A DNA stretch of 63,999 bases, filler included, from Circinaria calcarea (taxonomy: Eukaryota), in NCBI GenBank assembly GCA_051942165.1. It is 18 parts of 18 records of this genome, joined end to end, with 100 filler letters (N's around TTAATTAATTAA, not from the genome) between each part and the next. Parts side by side here need not be neighbours in the genome. Positions count along the whole stretch, not along the records: positions 35,822 to 39,296 come from JAVECS010002807.1; positions 39,397 to 42,868 come from JAVECS010002808.1; positions 42,969 to 46,436 come from JAVECS010002809.1; positions 46,537 to 50,003 come from JAVECS010002810.1; positions 50,104 to 53,568 come from JAVECS010002811.1; 13 more parts are not named here. One strand, given 5' to 3'. The number at the start of each line of letters is the position of its first letter. The stretch's first letter is position 1. The notes beneath the pieces are model-generated. The model was not told where the DNA came from and did no database searches. It worked only from the letters and a program-made list of their open reading frames with translations. A program made the translations under genes and the position numbers. This document shows positions 38,258 to 51,720 of this stretch, one piece after another.

Positions 38258-39396
38258 GTTGGGCTTGATAAAGAGAATGGACTCAGCATACCCATTGAAA
38301 TCCCCCAGAAAGCCCGTAGAGGCAGAAGAATTCAGGATGAGGAACCATGATAAGTCGAGAGCAACAAGCCAAAATAGGAGCGCACGGTATAGGCTACGTC
38401 TGCTTCAACGCAACACCCCCTTTTACGCAACACCCCCTTTTGAAATACCCAACCCCTGCTAGCATAGAGGGTACCAATCAAAGATACAAAATCCCACATC
38501 AAACAGCCGCGCTTCCAACATTACACCTTAACATCATCTATGGCGAATTTCTCCCTCAACAAAGTAACGAGATCCTGTTCTAAATGAGTAAACCAAGTTT
38601 CACCCGTCCTGCGCAACCCCAATCACCAAAGCCCAACAACGCCTTCAAATTCCTTTCGGCATTTAGCAAGCCAAAATTACCCATTCGATCTCACTATATC
38701 CGCGGACTTCAGTACCAGGACACACAACTCCAAAAGCCCCCGCCCGCAAGCCAAGGTAAAAGCCGGCTTCCAAGTCCTGACGGGAGGGAGGGGGGAAAAA
38801 ACTCTGAGCTCGGAATCCCGGAAACCGCAAACCGCAAACCGCAATTCTATTCTATTCTATTCTTTTCAATTTTCTCCTACGAAAAGAACTAGGTCTTGAA
38901 GTCCCCCTACTCTCAGGTTATGTAGACAGGTTCCGCAACAACCCGGACATAGCGCGAATCCCTATTCCCCCTTCTTCCTTTGAGAATAGAAGGGGGAAAA
39001 AAGAGAGAGAGAAAAAGGAAAGGGGAGGAGTTTGTCCATCCTTGGTAAAAACAGTGATTTCACACACTGGAAAGGATTTAGACATTGCAAGGGGAGAAAA
39101 AACCAGAAGACGGGAAACGAGAAAACTCCCCCTTTGGCTGGAAACATATCGCGAAAAGGGACCCCTGTTATGCTCTATGCGGTGATTGGGGAAATGGAGT
39201 GGAGGGGAAAGGCGGAGTTTGGGAGTGAGCGAGTGAGTGAGCGAGTGAGCTGCTGTTTTCTCTGGGGGAAGGAAATTCCGGGGGGGGGGGGGGGGGNNNN
39301 NNNNNNNNNNNNNNNNNNNNNNNNNNNNNNNNNNNNNNNNTTAATTAATTAANNNNNNNNNNNNNNNNNNNNNNNNNNNNNNNNNNNNNNNNNNNN

Positions 39397-39963
39397 CTCG
39401 GAGCAGACCCTCTTGGCTGAAGCAGGGTTGGGGGATGACGAGAGCTGGCGTGATGGTTCTACCGGTGGTAATGGAAGGCTTGGATTCGGTGAGGGATGAT
39501 GTACATGAGAGGCAATCTCGGCTGCAATCTCTTTGCCGGACAGTTCTCTCTCAAAGCCCAAGGCCGTTGATGGCCGTTTGACAGTTGGGGTTGTGGAACT
39601 TAACTGCTGAGGTGTTTTCAAGAGATTCGGACTCGCGGCATAGGGGTCAGCAGTGTTCCAAGTGACCCTAGGGTCATAGAAACTTGACTCGGGCTTGGGG
39701 GTCTGAATTGGAGTTTGTACAAAGGTTGCTGACGTTGGAGTCCTGATGGGTGTTGGTGGCTGTCCGTAATTGAAGCTGGTGCAAGATTATATTCAGTATG
39801 GATAGACATTAGGATAGTTTAGCTGGCAGAACGCTAGCATCTCTTAACTTATGCGTGCGGTGTTGATATCATGAAAGTGTACGGGGTCGATGACAGATAC
39901 TGGTGTGACACCTGACGATGGCAAAGGGGCTCCATACCTGTATATTGGCTGTTCCCAACTCAT
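39397..39963 (-). CDS. Conserved hypothetical protein, 5' part
   Basis: Spliced MSWEQPIYS/FNYGQPPTPIRTPTS...ESSFYDPRVTWNTADPYA, open to the contig end. Confidence 0.6.
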
Positions 39964-42069
39964 AGCCAATCCCAGTACTCCTCCTAAGCAAGTCACTTGA
40001 CAACCTATACCAGTATAGAGCCCGACCTGGAAACGCTCTCTTTCAAGGGAGACGGGCAAAGGACGACTCTGGACGGTCTCTGACCCGGTACCGGGATGGC
40101 GAAAAGGATAAAGCGGCTGTGCAAAAAGATTCGTGGGACTCGTAAGGCTCGTAACGTTCGTAAGGACGCTGAGGAATACACCTAACTTTCAGCCCAATTG
40201 GATAGTCGGGCAGGTATTGAGATTAGAGACACCGTCGATGTCGTGGAGGATTAGATAGGGCCTGGTTGCCTAGCGGCGTCTCTTTGGCCGAGAGTAGAGA
40301 AAATCGAGCTGATTGCCTGTAAACGGTGGGGCCTCAGCAATTGACCTTCGCACTGATTCCCTTCCCACAGCAGACGTACCTGGTAGGATCGAGGAAGCAG
40401 TAATGACCACTACCTCCGGATTACGATTAGTATGAAGGTGTCCAACGGAAAAAGTGGACAGACTCGGCAACGGATGCTGCATGCAATGGTAGTAGATAAG
40501 TGGGAGAATTACCGGAGGTGCTAACAGCATTCCAGCTACACTCGTCCCGGCCGCGGCTGAGGACTTCTGGAGAATTCAGATTAAGCCGGCGAGGCACACG
40601 GGAAAAGCAGAGAGACGGCAATTCACTGGGTGAAGGGTGGAGCGATAGGCCAGGAAAGGACCTTGCCCTCTCCCAGCGGCTTTGGGAGTGGAGCCAGGCG
40701 GAGCTGACGGAGCGATTCGAGTTTCTAGCGAAGCTGCAATTTCCCCTGCGCCGTCGACGATTATTGACTCGCATGTAGGATATGCATGGAATCTATGATT
40801 GCTACTACGACCGATTTGATATCGGACACTCCTTGTACAGCCGGGGAACCCGTCATTGATCATCTACCGCAACCGCTTCTCATCGCTTTCGGTTTTCTCT
40901 CGTGCTTCAGCCTTCCCCCGGCGAGGGTTGCTCCAATGCAGCGACTTGGTCTCGTTCGTTGGTGCTGGTGCTGGTGCGAGAAAAGAGCCCCTCGTTTCAC
41001 ATCTGCAAGTGGGAGTCATAATTTTGGGTTGAATGAAATACTTGAGGATTGGGACTTTCCCTACCGCTTCTTAGCTCTCGCTGACTAGCCTTAAGCATCT
41101 TGACCGAAGCTTTGACCATTCTTGACCACGCCAACCTTAGGTAATCTGGATAAGCTTGGCAGCGGAGCCATCTCCTTTGGCATCCACCTGGTTCCTAATG
41201 CATGCGAGCCATGGACTAGCTATTCATCTGTATCCTCTGCTCCTGGCTTATGAGCAATGGGGAGAACGGTATTGGACGCGTAGGTGGATCGACGTCGGGG
41301 TTTCCTAGTAGATCTCACTGATTCCCCAAGAATCTTCTCGGCGTTGACCTTACGGATCTGTAAGGGTAAGGTACTAAGTCGGTGAAGCAGCTAGTTGGAG
41401 CGGGGCCGCATTCGTCAGTTAGTTGCCAGAAGCTAAGAAAAGTTATAGGTGCCCTCAACGTCACTGACTGAAATCTACACTCATGATGGTTCCGTGGCTG
41501 CAACCTGGTAATCCAGGCCGTGGACACCATTGTGAGGCATGCGAACGTTTGGGTTTGGATTGAGACCTTGCAACTGAGGACGACTTGCTGCTTGGTAGGA
41601 TTTATTGTCTCTACATGAAAGCTACGGTCATAGTGCTACCACACCCTTGGCTTCAGCGGATGGTAGGAAGCAATTGCACAGCCAGTCAGGCTTCCAGAGG
41701 CCACCGAATAGGTAAAACAGGTTATCCACTTCAAAGCAGTGATAGCGATCCCGTCATAGGTAAGGGACCGGAGAATACTCCGTTACCTTTGGAGGAAGTT
41801 ACCAGTCCACTAAGGAATCGTGAAATACAAGAGGCGTTTCCATGAGAGATAAATCGTATACATATATGGAAAGTTCGGGAGTGGACGAATTAAGAGCCGA
41901 CAGTCACTGCGTCAGGGCTTGGCACGGCGCCGTAACTCGCCGATGTGCGTACTGTACATGATGATTCGACTACGTATGGCTAGGACGGAGTAGGCAGACA
42001 GCTCCAAGCATCACAAGCTATAGTTTCCTGCAGATTGCCCACGTTACATGAAAAACAATCACCTTATAG

Positions 42070-42115
42070 TCGCCCTCGCCCTCGCTCTCGCCCTCGCCCT
42101 CGCCCTCGCCCTCGA
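42070..42115. repeat. (CGCCCT)n hexamer repeat
   Basis: About 7 copies visible. Confidence 0.9.
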
Positions 42116-42535
42116 AAGACTGTCGACCAAAAGCGTCTTCGCCCTTGGAGATTTATGGTGGAGTTCGGGTTCAAACCAAACCTGAAAAAGAGGACCCTCA
42201 TCAATACTATCGCATCCCAATTACTTCGTACCTGCGACGAATTTCCATTCTCACTTCCCACCTCAAATCAAACCTTGGCCAGAGCATACGATCGCTCCGT
42301 GATAAACTGGAGTTCAAAGATAAAAGGATAGCGCACGTACATTGCTTCCATCAGTGAATATCTCGACCAACTCGGCATTTGGATTCAACGCTGATCCTAA
42401 TGTCAAATCAGAGTATCGCTTGACTGCAAATCACAACCAGGACTAATTACACACGAAGAGAACTGGGAGCCCCCGTTTACGGAGACAAACACCTTTCGCA
42501 CGTGCAGCCAGAGAATTGGCTCACGATTCTATGCG

Positions 42536-42868
42536 ATGAATGGTGTGCGGGATAGGAAGCACAAGAGAGAGACGAAGGACCAGAAGATTCTTGACAGAGG
42601 CAATGGCGATCTCAAAAAGGATTTAGTACCTGCGGGCTCCGAATCTTCGGAGAACATCTTCTTATTTTACCCAAACATCATTGGTATGTTGTCACCACAT
42701 GGTTGGCCTAGTCCTAACATGGCTCTACAGGATATTCACGAATAGTGCTTGCGATCGCCTCACTTTACTACATGCCACTCCACCCGCGGACATGCTCCTT
42801 GCTCTATAGTATATCATGCTTGCTGGACGCTCTGGATGGGATAGCGGCCCGGCACTTTGGACAATCTA
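42536..42868 (+). CDS. PIS1: Phosphatidylinositol synthase, 5' part
   Basis: ENIFLFYPNIIG/YSRIVLA...SCLLDALDGIAAR, the start of the CDP-alcohol phosphotransferase motif. Confidence 0.93.
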
Positions 42869-42968
42869 NNNNNNNNNNNNNNNNNNNNNNNNNNNNNNNN
42901 NNNNNNNNNNNNTTAATTAATTAANNNNNNNNNNNNNNNNNNNNNNNNNNNNNNNNNNNNNNNNNNNN

Positions 42969-44003
42969 CATGTTCCGCTGTTCCTTCGCCCTTTCCTCGG
43001 TGTCGACCTGGCTTAGTCTAGGTCCCAATCCGTCTGCAGCATACCCACTCTCCAAGAGGAAGCATCGAATTGTGTCCGTATCCAGACTGCCTTTGAGTGC
43101 TAGGTTGATGATTTCTAGAGTTGTGGTGTACAGTACATCATCCATGGTGTTCACCTCACGTGTATGATGGGCCTGGATAGGAATATCGAGCATATATGCC
43201 CATGCATGCAATATGAGATGATACGATGAAGTTTCCAAGGACCCCCTGACGAGCGCATCGGGGACCGGTCGCCACTCCTCATTCTCGTTGTCGAAGATCG
43301 GCTTGCGGCCGAGTGAGAAATTCGAGTTTCGTACTATGCTCTGTGCTGTTCGCCGGATCAAACCTTCGGACAATGGGGATGTTGCAGTACTCGCGCCTGC
43401 CTCCGCGACATCTCTGGCTTTACTGTACCAGAAAATAAGCCGGATAGTGATTGTAACCCCGTTGTTTGATAGCTGCTCCGCTGCAGCGAGTATAGAATAT
43501 TCCGCAGTATTATTCTCCGCAACAGCCCCCTTTTTGTTGAGAGGAGGGTTTGGGAGTCCGTTCCCGAAAATCAGCGGCATGATGAATCTCTTCGACCGCG
43601 GTACGCAAGTAGCCTGAGCTTGTTTTTCCAGCCTGGCATTACGGAACATAGCGACATCTCCAAACGCATATCGATGACCGGTCTCTGCGAGACCTCTCCA
43701 TACAGCTGCGATTGCAAGGAAAACTTCGGTTTCTGTAAGCTTATGGAAGCTTTGACTCGGGGGAATGCGATGAGGATTTTCGAATAGAGCAAACTCTTCT
43801 TCGTAATTGCTTGCCGCGTGTTGGCCCTCCCACAGACGACGCCGAAGCTCAATACTGAATTCGCCATTTTCCGTATATCTATGGGATCCGCATGCACTCT
43901 TTCCACCTGATTCATGGTCAAAACTCCAATTAGCATCTTGAGAGGTCAGGAATACCTTCGTCTCCTTTGGGTTTCTTTCCCTTTGACCCTTCATCGGGGT
44001 CAC
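42969..44003 (-). CDS. Hypothetical protein, 3' truncated
   Basis: About 345 open codons, no recognised motif. Confidence 0.5.
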
Positions 44004-46536
44004 CGTCTGCAGGACGCTATGGGGTTTATCAGTCTCTTCTCCTCTTTTTCATAATTCCAGAAGTCAAGTACCTTTGAGCTACTGGCTGTTGCCATACTTA
44101 TGTCTCGTTACGTACTCGTTTAGTTGCTTATGAAACAACCCGAGGTGAAGAGAATTTGGAGAATCGATTCAACGGATTACAGAGTTATAGGTTCCTCATC
44201 ATGAAAAAGTTGCCCTCGGTGCTGCATGCGGCGATTTCGGTGGCGAGTTCGGTAGCGATTTCTCTCACAACAAAGGAAGATGAATTCGTTCGATGGAATG
44301 AGCTTATTGAGGCGCTCTGTTCCGCAATCGAAACTGTTACAGGCGTCACATACCATGTTTACCATTCGCAATTGTTGTAATATGCATCGACTATTGTGTA
44401 TAGCCGCTCGGCTACTTGCAAAAGTTCATTATTCACGAAAGTTTCATTCTTTCCTTTCCGCTAATAAAATCCAAAGAGAGTCGAAGACTGTTCAAATTCA
44501 GGGAGATAAGCTCAAAGAATATGAAGTTGCTACTCGTGAATCAGCCGGACTCTGGAATGCAAAATGGTACCACCCGAGCCGGATGCGGAAGTCCTCTCAA
44601 ATCCCTTTCAGACTTTCATGTTTACGCTGTGAATGCTCATGATTAATGCGCTTTAGCGTTAGATGGTGGTAAAATAAGCAGAATATAATTTCTCACTAAA
44701 TTTGAGTGTTATACTTCTCACATCATCCCAACTACAGACATTGAGATTGGCCGTTTGTTCATAATGGCGAATTCCGTCTCCCTATTCTTCATAGGGAGAG
44801 TCTATGTGATGCTAGGGAAGTTGAGTGGGATGAAGGCTGACTCTCGATTCAATCGCAAGAAACAGGTAAAGGGGACTAGGACACAAGAGGAGACGGATTA
44901 CAACAACCGTATATAGCAAACTTGACCTGACTTCTTACCAACCTATGTGTTGCAGTAGTCTTCATTCCTTCTCATCTCCACAAAACTTCTTTCAGAACCT
45001 ATGTCTAACCCACTCGATTCACCTGCGAATATTTCTCCTTTTTGCCGTGAGGGCCTTTACTAAAGAACGCTCGTTCTCTCTGCGGCATCCTAGCCGATAT
45101 GACGTCTTACTTTATCTTCGTATTTCTTCTTCCTTATACACTTGTTTTGATATCTTACTTAGAATGCATAAAGGAACCCTGGGGGCAGACCTTATACTGG
45201 TATCTTTGCAATATTCCCATAGCAGCTGTTTCTCTCGCTTTAGTTTTGTTATGCCTGGGTTGTGCCATCTTAACTCTCACTTTTTGCTGCCTTTGTTTTG
45301 CAATCTGTCTTCTTTCTCCCCGGCATTTTGTCTTCGTTTTAGAGTTAGCCCCTGCGTATATGATTATAGTCCTGATCTTGCCCGGACATCTCACCTGTCC
45401 CTTCTAGCCGATGATCATGATCCGCGCTCATCCGTCTCGTCTGTCGAATCTGTCATCTCATTCACCTGCTCCGCCACTGCTTGCTATGAACTTGCCTCCT
45501 GTTGCTTTATCTGGCAGGATTGCAAGAGGTAAAACTAGGTTTTACCTTTGTGAGAGAACATGGAGAAGGAGATCACAGCAGGCACGACATCCGGTGATAC
45601 TCAACAAGATACAAGTAGATCGATTTATACATTCTGTCTTCTATCCAATAAAACATAAATTCTATGATCTCGCCTAACCATCTCTCCGTTACCCGTTTCG
45701 TCATCTTCATTAACCTTGCTTACCTCAATCCTGCTTCCTCCCTTCATTTCATATCTCTTTGCCTTCTAACCCGGCCTTCATCCTGAACTCTTGCTCTTTT
45801 GTGCACAGAGCCGCCAGTAATCCAGACTGCGAAGCGACAGTCCATCTTAACAATCCAAAACATGTATGGAAATTACCAGTAAGTAAGACGTTAACTAGGA
45901 AATTATATACGCACCTATCAATCTCGGCTATATACACGCAGATCTTTATTCGTTTACCTATCTTGAGTGGAATAATATGTAGATCCTGAACTTTTTCTTT
46001 AATAGTCCGGACTGCTGGCGGCCCTATTTATACACCTCTTCATCCACCCGACTCAACCTCCCTCCTGGAACTCCTTCCTCCGCGGAACAACTTCCCCAAG
46101 GTTGACCCCCTAATTCTGCCCTGTCCTAAATGCATTCATCCAATGTTCAAACCTCTGAAATGCCTCCCCTTCCCCCTCTATTTAGCCACATTTCTCCTAT
46201 TTTCATTGCCCCTTCCCCACTTTCCTACCCTCCTGCTCCCATCGCCTCTTTCCCCTCCTCCCAGTTTCTATGCTCGAAATGTTCCTTTCCCTCTCAACCA
46301 ACTTCCTTACCTAACTCTTGGAGATTGTGCCGGAAGCTTCTGCGCCTCCTCTTCCCAACCCCGAAAGGGCCCTACTTTCGCCATTTTTATCCCTCAACTC
46401 ATCCCTCTCCTTCCCACTCGCCCCAATCTCCTCCCCNNNNNNNNNNNNNNNNNNNNNNNNNNNNNNNNNNNNNNNNNNNNTTAATTAATTAANNNNNNNN
46501 NNNNNNNNNNNNNNNNNNNNNNNNNNNNNNNNNNNN

Positions 46537-46861
46537 CGCTTTTAAAAAAATAATCGAACCCGTATTCCGTGATCACGCGGCGCAATTCTGTCATGGAGAC
46601 TTACAATTGAAGAATATCCTCCTCGAGAGGGTACCGGTCGAGGAGCGCGAAAACGAGTTCGCTAGTCAGTTTAGGGTCACGCTGATTGATTGGGAGGCAG
46701 CAGGATTCTATCCGGAATTCTGGGATTTTTGCATCTCTACCTTCTGTGGTTGGCGGTCCGGTTGGGTTGACTATGTCGAACGAGCTATGAAGCCGTATTG
46801 GATGGAATACCCAGTCTTTAGGACCGCGTATGCAATGATTGGGATACCTAAATGGGTATGA
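46537..46861 (+). CDS. Aminoglycoside phosphotransferase/kinase-like protein, C-terminal fragment
   Basis: FCHGDLQLKNILL...LIDWEAAGFYPEFWD. Confidence 0.82.
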
Positions 46862-47424
46862 CGGCTAAAATGCATATAGATTGAACTGCGACTGCCGGAC
46901 ATGGCCGAGTGAGGATATAGATGAGAAGCGTCGGCTCATTCGGATAAAGGCGGATAAAAGAAGGGCAGAAGTGGCAGAGATAAGGAAGAGGAAGGACAAA
47001 GGGATACAGAAGGCTGTGGATTAGAATTGATTCTGCAACCTTTATTACTGCGCTTTAGCATTTTTGTTTAGTGCGAACGCTCTATTGAATAGTTTCGGCA
47101 GGATCTTTGCCAGGCGAGGTCACTGTGTCTGGCCAAAGCAAAACCTCGCCAAGAATTGACCGTGAAAGAACGGTGAGAACATTACTTTGTTATCCGAAAC
47201 AGTACATATTATATTGTTTTAGGCCGATACAGGTCCATTGTCCGGTGTTAGACCTCGGGTTAATCGATACGGAAATGATGAAGTATATAAATGCCTATGT
47301 CCAGGTACTCAATATTAAACCAGCATACTTTCAAAAACTACCCCAATTTCAATAGTTCACCTACCAGTACTATATCCTATTATCTCACATCAGATTCAGT
47401 CGCCGCTTCCTAATCCTCCCGGCC

Positions 47425-47880
47425 ATGTCAGACGCCATCATAAGCCCCACCAACACAACAACGCCGCAGGATCAAGTTTCCCGCTGGCACGTGTACCTTG
47501 CTTGGTTCAATGATTTCAACCAAGCCCAGGGGCGATCCCAATTATCTGTGGCTATTTTCGTGCAAAAGGATTGTGTTAACAGGTCGGGACGCCTCATAAG
47601 TCCTAGTGCCTTTTCCGACGATCCACTCCTCGGTACGATGTACGGCTTGCCGTCTGGCACGGTCTTAGAAGATTTGCCCACATTTTTCGACAAGCAATTG
47701 ATCGGGCACATCGCGCCACGATGCCTATGGCACCTGAACGCAGTGTGTAGGACCGTGGTAACACTCGAGAAGGAGGCTCGTGAAAATTCGCTTGTGTGGG
47801 CGAGATTGACGTTGAAAGAAGTCAAATCCCTTCAGATATGCAAGAAGCCGGGACACTTCGATCCGATTGCACTGCGATAG
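47425..47880 (+). CDS. Hypothetical protein, 151 aa
   Basis: ATG in good context (GCCATG) with an upstream TATA-like element; no motif recognised. Confidence 0.4.
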   Translation: MSDAIISPTNTTTPQDQVSRWHVYLAWFNDFNQAQGRSQLSVAIFVQKDCVNRSGRLISPSAFSDDPLLGTMYGLPSGTVLEDLPTFFDKQLIGHIAPRCLWHLNAVCRTVVTLEKEARENSLVWARLTLKEVKSLQICKKPGHFDPIALR

Positions 47881-48423
47881 ACGGGTGCAGGTGGGGGAGA
47901 CGGGTAAGGGGCGGTTTTCCATGTCTGCGGCAGGATGTCATGTTTAGACGAGAGCATCGACAGATGAATTCGGATAGACAGTGAAGCATATATAGATACT
48001 GGCTTCTTCAGCAACTATTCCACGTTTAGAACTTACTGCATGCAAGCTCATCTTCCTCACTTCCTGTTTACACCATTGATCCCAATACAAGCTAAAGTGT
48101 GCCCTCGGTTCTCGTTATGTCTTGTATCATCCAGCAAGCCTGCATTAACAAACTCCACACTATCAAGCCAAAGCAATCAATACGAAGTACTAGCAATGGG
48201 ACTCGAGATAGGCTAGCAGTAGGAGGTTAGGTAGGCTAGTCCAACAATGGCCATGTGAATAGAGACATCGTAGTTGTACTGATATGGGGTTTAAGACATA
48301 AAAGGTATAGCATTGTATAGCTGTAAAAGGAAACGCTAAATGATTTAGAAGGTATGTAACGATGTTAATGCCAAGTATACTCGCTTGCTAAGCAAGATAT
48401 AGTTTGTAACAACAGGATTGTGT

Positions 48424-49253
48424 TCAGCGGCGTAAAAACACAGAAGTGATTTGCTCACTTGCAGGCAGGACTCTGCCGTCGGTGTCTTGCAAGACGCTTT
48501 TACTATTTCCTGTATTGTTGCCCACCCGTCCCTTGCTGCTGCTCTGGTCGTCATTCTCGTCCTCAAGTAGCACGCTCCTGCGGAAGCTATGTGTACGCCT
48601 CTGACTCTGTCGCAGCATAACAGCTTGCTCATCGTCTTCTTCTTCCTCGTCGAGAAGGGCTCCTTCCGCAGTATCATGGTCGGGAGGAGCAATCCATTCT
48701 CGAGGTACGACGCACGGTAAGGCAACCCCGATACTTGCGGCTCTATTTATCCAAGACGGGGCAGCTTTACTGGTCAGCCGCTCGCATAAGTAAGATGTAA
48801 AGTGGTTGCAATTATTGCTCAGCAGGTTATATGTAGTGCCCTGAAACTCCTGCGAGGCTTCTTTGAGTATATCTTCGATATGCTCTGGCGATCGCAAGGT
48901 GAAGCCTTGGAGTATCTCGCAGCGGAAAGTACCACCAGGCGGCTCCATTCGGGGTTTCGTCCAGTATACACCAGACACGCCCTGACGGTCATGACCCCCA
49001 TACGCGTACTCCCGATCTTTGATCACAACGGCAGTGTGTAGCAGAGAGCTGCCAAGGAACCAGAGGGCGGACGAAAACGCACCTGGCTGAATGTTATAAT
49101 GAGCTTTTGAAGTGGGGAAGCCAACATCGGGTCCAAACATACTGGAAGCAAGTCATAGACGTTGATGAGGATTTCCGTTTTTGGCATCGATGAGGTAGAG
49201 CGAGAATGGCCCGAGGGTCTTAGGGTAGGTTTCTTTCTTCCCTTCGGCACCAT
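48424..49253 (-). CDS. PPPDE/DeSI family thiol peptidase
   Basis: INVYDLL, LHTAVV...EYAYG, YNLLSNNCNHF (His/Cys dyad); one intron. Confidence 0.9.
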
Positions 49254-49853
49254 GTTGTCAAGTTCAAGTAAAGGGATGGCTTGTATGGTGCAACGCGTAG
49301 TAACACAGAGCGCCAGATTTAGGGATTGACTTTGTTCAAGGACGGCAAGCCATCAGGTCAATCTATCTAGAGAGTATGTAAGGCTTAGCTCGCATCGCCT
49401 AATGTCGCATCGACAAGCCTGCTGAGTCATTCGGAATTTCTCCATTTTCACAACCTCGAACCCGAAGAAAGTTCTTTCTACCACACAACAATACTCAACA
49501 ACTTCGATTCATTGAATACTGATATGACCGCCAGAAATACCTGGATCCGTCTGTACAGCTACTCATGTAACGTCTCCATATCATCTTCTTATGGCGGTGA
49601 CGATACTAATAGTAACAACTTATAGTCCGGCTAGGCTACGGCCATTGATTGCGAGACGGCGAGCCTTCTCCGCCACCTCCACACGACGCCTTCTCGGCCT
49701 TCCATCCTTATCTTCTCTTCGATCTCGCGCCCTTTTCAACGACCAGCAGCAAGCACTGCTGGCGGATTTCGCTTCAGCGAACCTAGTCTCTCACGTAGGC
49801 CATCGGTCCTATATTGGATTCTTTCACGTTCCTTTGCCACTCGCAAAGGAAAG

Positions 49854-49979
49854 ATGCCTCCTAAGAAGCCAGTGGAAGAGAAGCGTATACTACTGGGCAG
49901 GCCCTCCAATAACTGTGATTATAAGTTCCAGCCTACCTAGGTCTATCTGCTGATCATAGATATAGTGTCAAGCGGGATA
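49854..49979 (+). CDS. OLA1: Obg-like ATPase Ola1/YchF, first exons
   Basis: MPPKKPVEEKRILLGRPSNN/LSSGI matches the conserved Ola1 N-terminus. Confidence 0.85.
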
Positions 49980-50103
49980 GTATGTAGGACTCCTGATATC
50001 ATANNNNNNNNNNNNNNNNNNNNNNNNNNNNNNNNNNNNNNNNNNNNTTAATTAATTAANNNNNNNNNNNNNNNNNNNNNNNNNNNNNNNNNNNNNNNNN
50101 NNN

Positions 50104-50536
50104 CACGCATGGTGTTTGTGCTAGCACCACGCACCGAGTTCTTAGTCCAGGCAGAGGACAAGGGGCGCGGTTCAGTGTGCCCTTCTTCCAGGGTGTGAGC
50201 TACGATGCAACATTTGAGAGCGTAGATGTCCCGGAGCAGATTAGGCAGATGAGGAGGGAGGTCTTGGAGAGAAATCAGGGGAGAAAAGACGATGTAGAAT
50301 TCACTTTTAAGAAAGGGGCTTGGGCGCACTTGGGGGAGGCAACGTTGTGGAACAGATGTAAGAGTCATATGGACGTTGCTGAAAGATGGTACCCGGAGAA
50401 CTATAGAAAGATCAAGCAGCAGCAGCTGGAGCTCACGATGGAAGAGAAGGACACGAAGCTTACTAACGGGCAGGTTGAAGCCAACCATCATGCTAACAGA
50501 AACGCAGCTATCCCCTCGTCGATCAAGGCTCACTGA
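50104..50536 (+). CDS. 2OG-Fe(II) oxygenase (IPNS-like), C-terminal part
   Basis: STTHRVLSP...RFSVPFFQG (distal His plus RxS motif). Confidence 0.85.
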
Positions 50537-50591
50537 TATCCGAGACCCTTGCGCAAAGGTCGTTGCTGATGAAAGACGATCAGTGTATGAT

Positions 50592-50649
50592 GAGTTCTTC
50601 ATTCTCACTACCTATACCGAGTTCTTCATTCTCACTACCTATACCGAGT
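50592..50649. repeat. 27-bp tandem duplication
   Basis: GAGTTCTTCATTCTCACTACCTATACC twice. Confidence 0.95.
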
Positions 50650-51120
50650 CTTTCACACTGGACTCCCCTGTGTTCGAGTCTTGTTTATTCGATAGGCTAG
50701 ATTTCTTTGGGAGCGGTCCTTCAGTACCGTATTGATATTTCTAGCAACGACTTCCGGTCACCCACCTCAAGTAGCACCTCTTTTATGCGTTGGACAACCT
50801 GCCCTAAACTCCCTAACAACATTGACAACTTTGTTTGGACATATAAACCAAGAGGAAAGCTTGCGGATGAGGTGGAAGAGTGATGATGGTTGGTACTTTC
50901 CGCGAAGACATGCGTTTTTGCGTAACAAGAGAACTCTTGGAATCATACAACAGGAATGACCGATGAAATAGAATAGCAAGGAATCAGCGGAACCGGAGAT
51001 GGTGGATTTGGAGCCCACCGGACAACACTGAAGAATCAGAAGACTCTCTGTTTCGGTTGCTTCTCTCCATCTGCTCATAAGTATTCCCAGACTCTTCAGT
51101 TTTCAAGCTCACACCTCAAC

Positions 51121-51720
51121 ATGCTTTTTCGACTTCCGCCAGAAGTACGCAATATTATTTACCATATGCTTGTTAGATCGGATGACACATTGATCTATAT
51201 CAAGAAATTGATCTCTTCCCCTTCCTATGAGAAACGGACTATCCTACACGTATGCCAAGGGATACGTAGGGAGGCGTCACCTGTAATTTTTCGGAACAAA
51301 TTATTCTTGTTGCACGCGGAGCGCCTTGATGATTCCTTGGCCAAATTTGCTTCTTTCGACCTGGTCCACGTGCGGGATATCATGATCCTTACGTTGTGCC
51401 ACCGAGCCGGTATAGCCAAGTCGGACCGCCGTAAGAGACTTCAGCGAGCCGGATACTTGTTGCTGTCGGATAGATAAATAAAACTTGAAGCCTTGTGGAT
51501 TACGTTATACCGCTGCCCTATCGAAGGAGATCTTATGGAGCATTTTCTTGATCTTGACATCCTACTTCAGCTCCGAGGACTCCAAGAGGTCTCAATTATG
51601 CGACAAGATTCGAGCAGTCGCAAGGTGATAGAAGACCAAACCTCTGCTGCCCAAACAGTCAAGCTACTCTGGATGCCCCCGAGGTCGAAATGTGTTCACT
51701 GTGAGCGCGGAACGCTGTGA
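51121..51720 (+). pseudogene. F-box-like hypothetical gene with in-frame stop
   Basis: LFRLPPEVRNIIYHML; TAA at 51475-51477, then the same frame continues to 51720. Confidence 0.55.

Noticed and set aside
44945..45532. 195-aa ORF
   Set aside because: Pyrimidine-rich composition bias, no motif; likely spurious.
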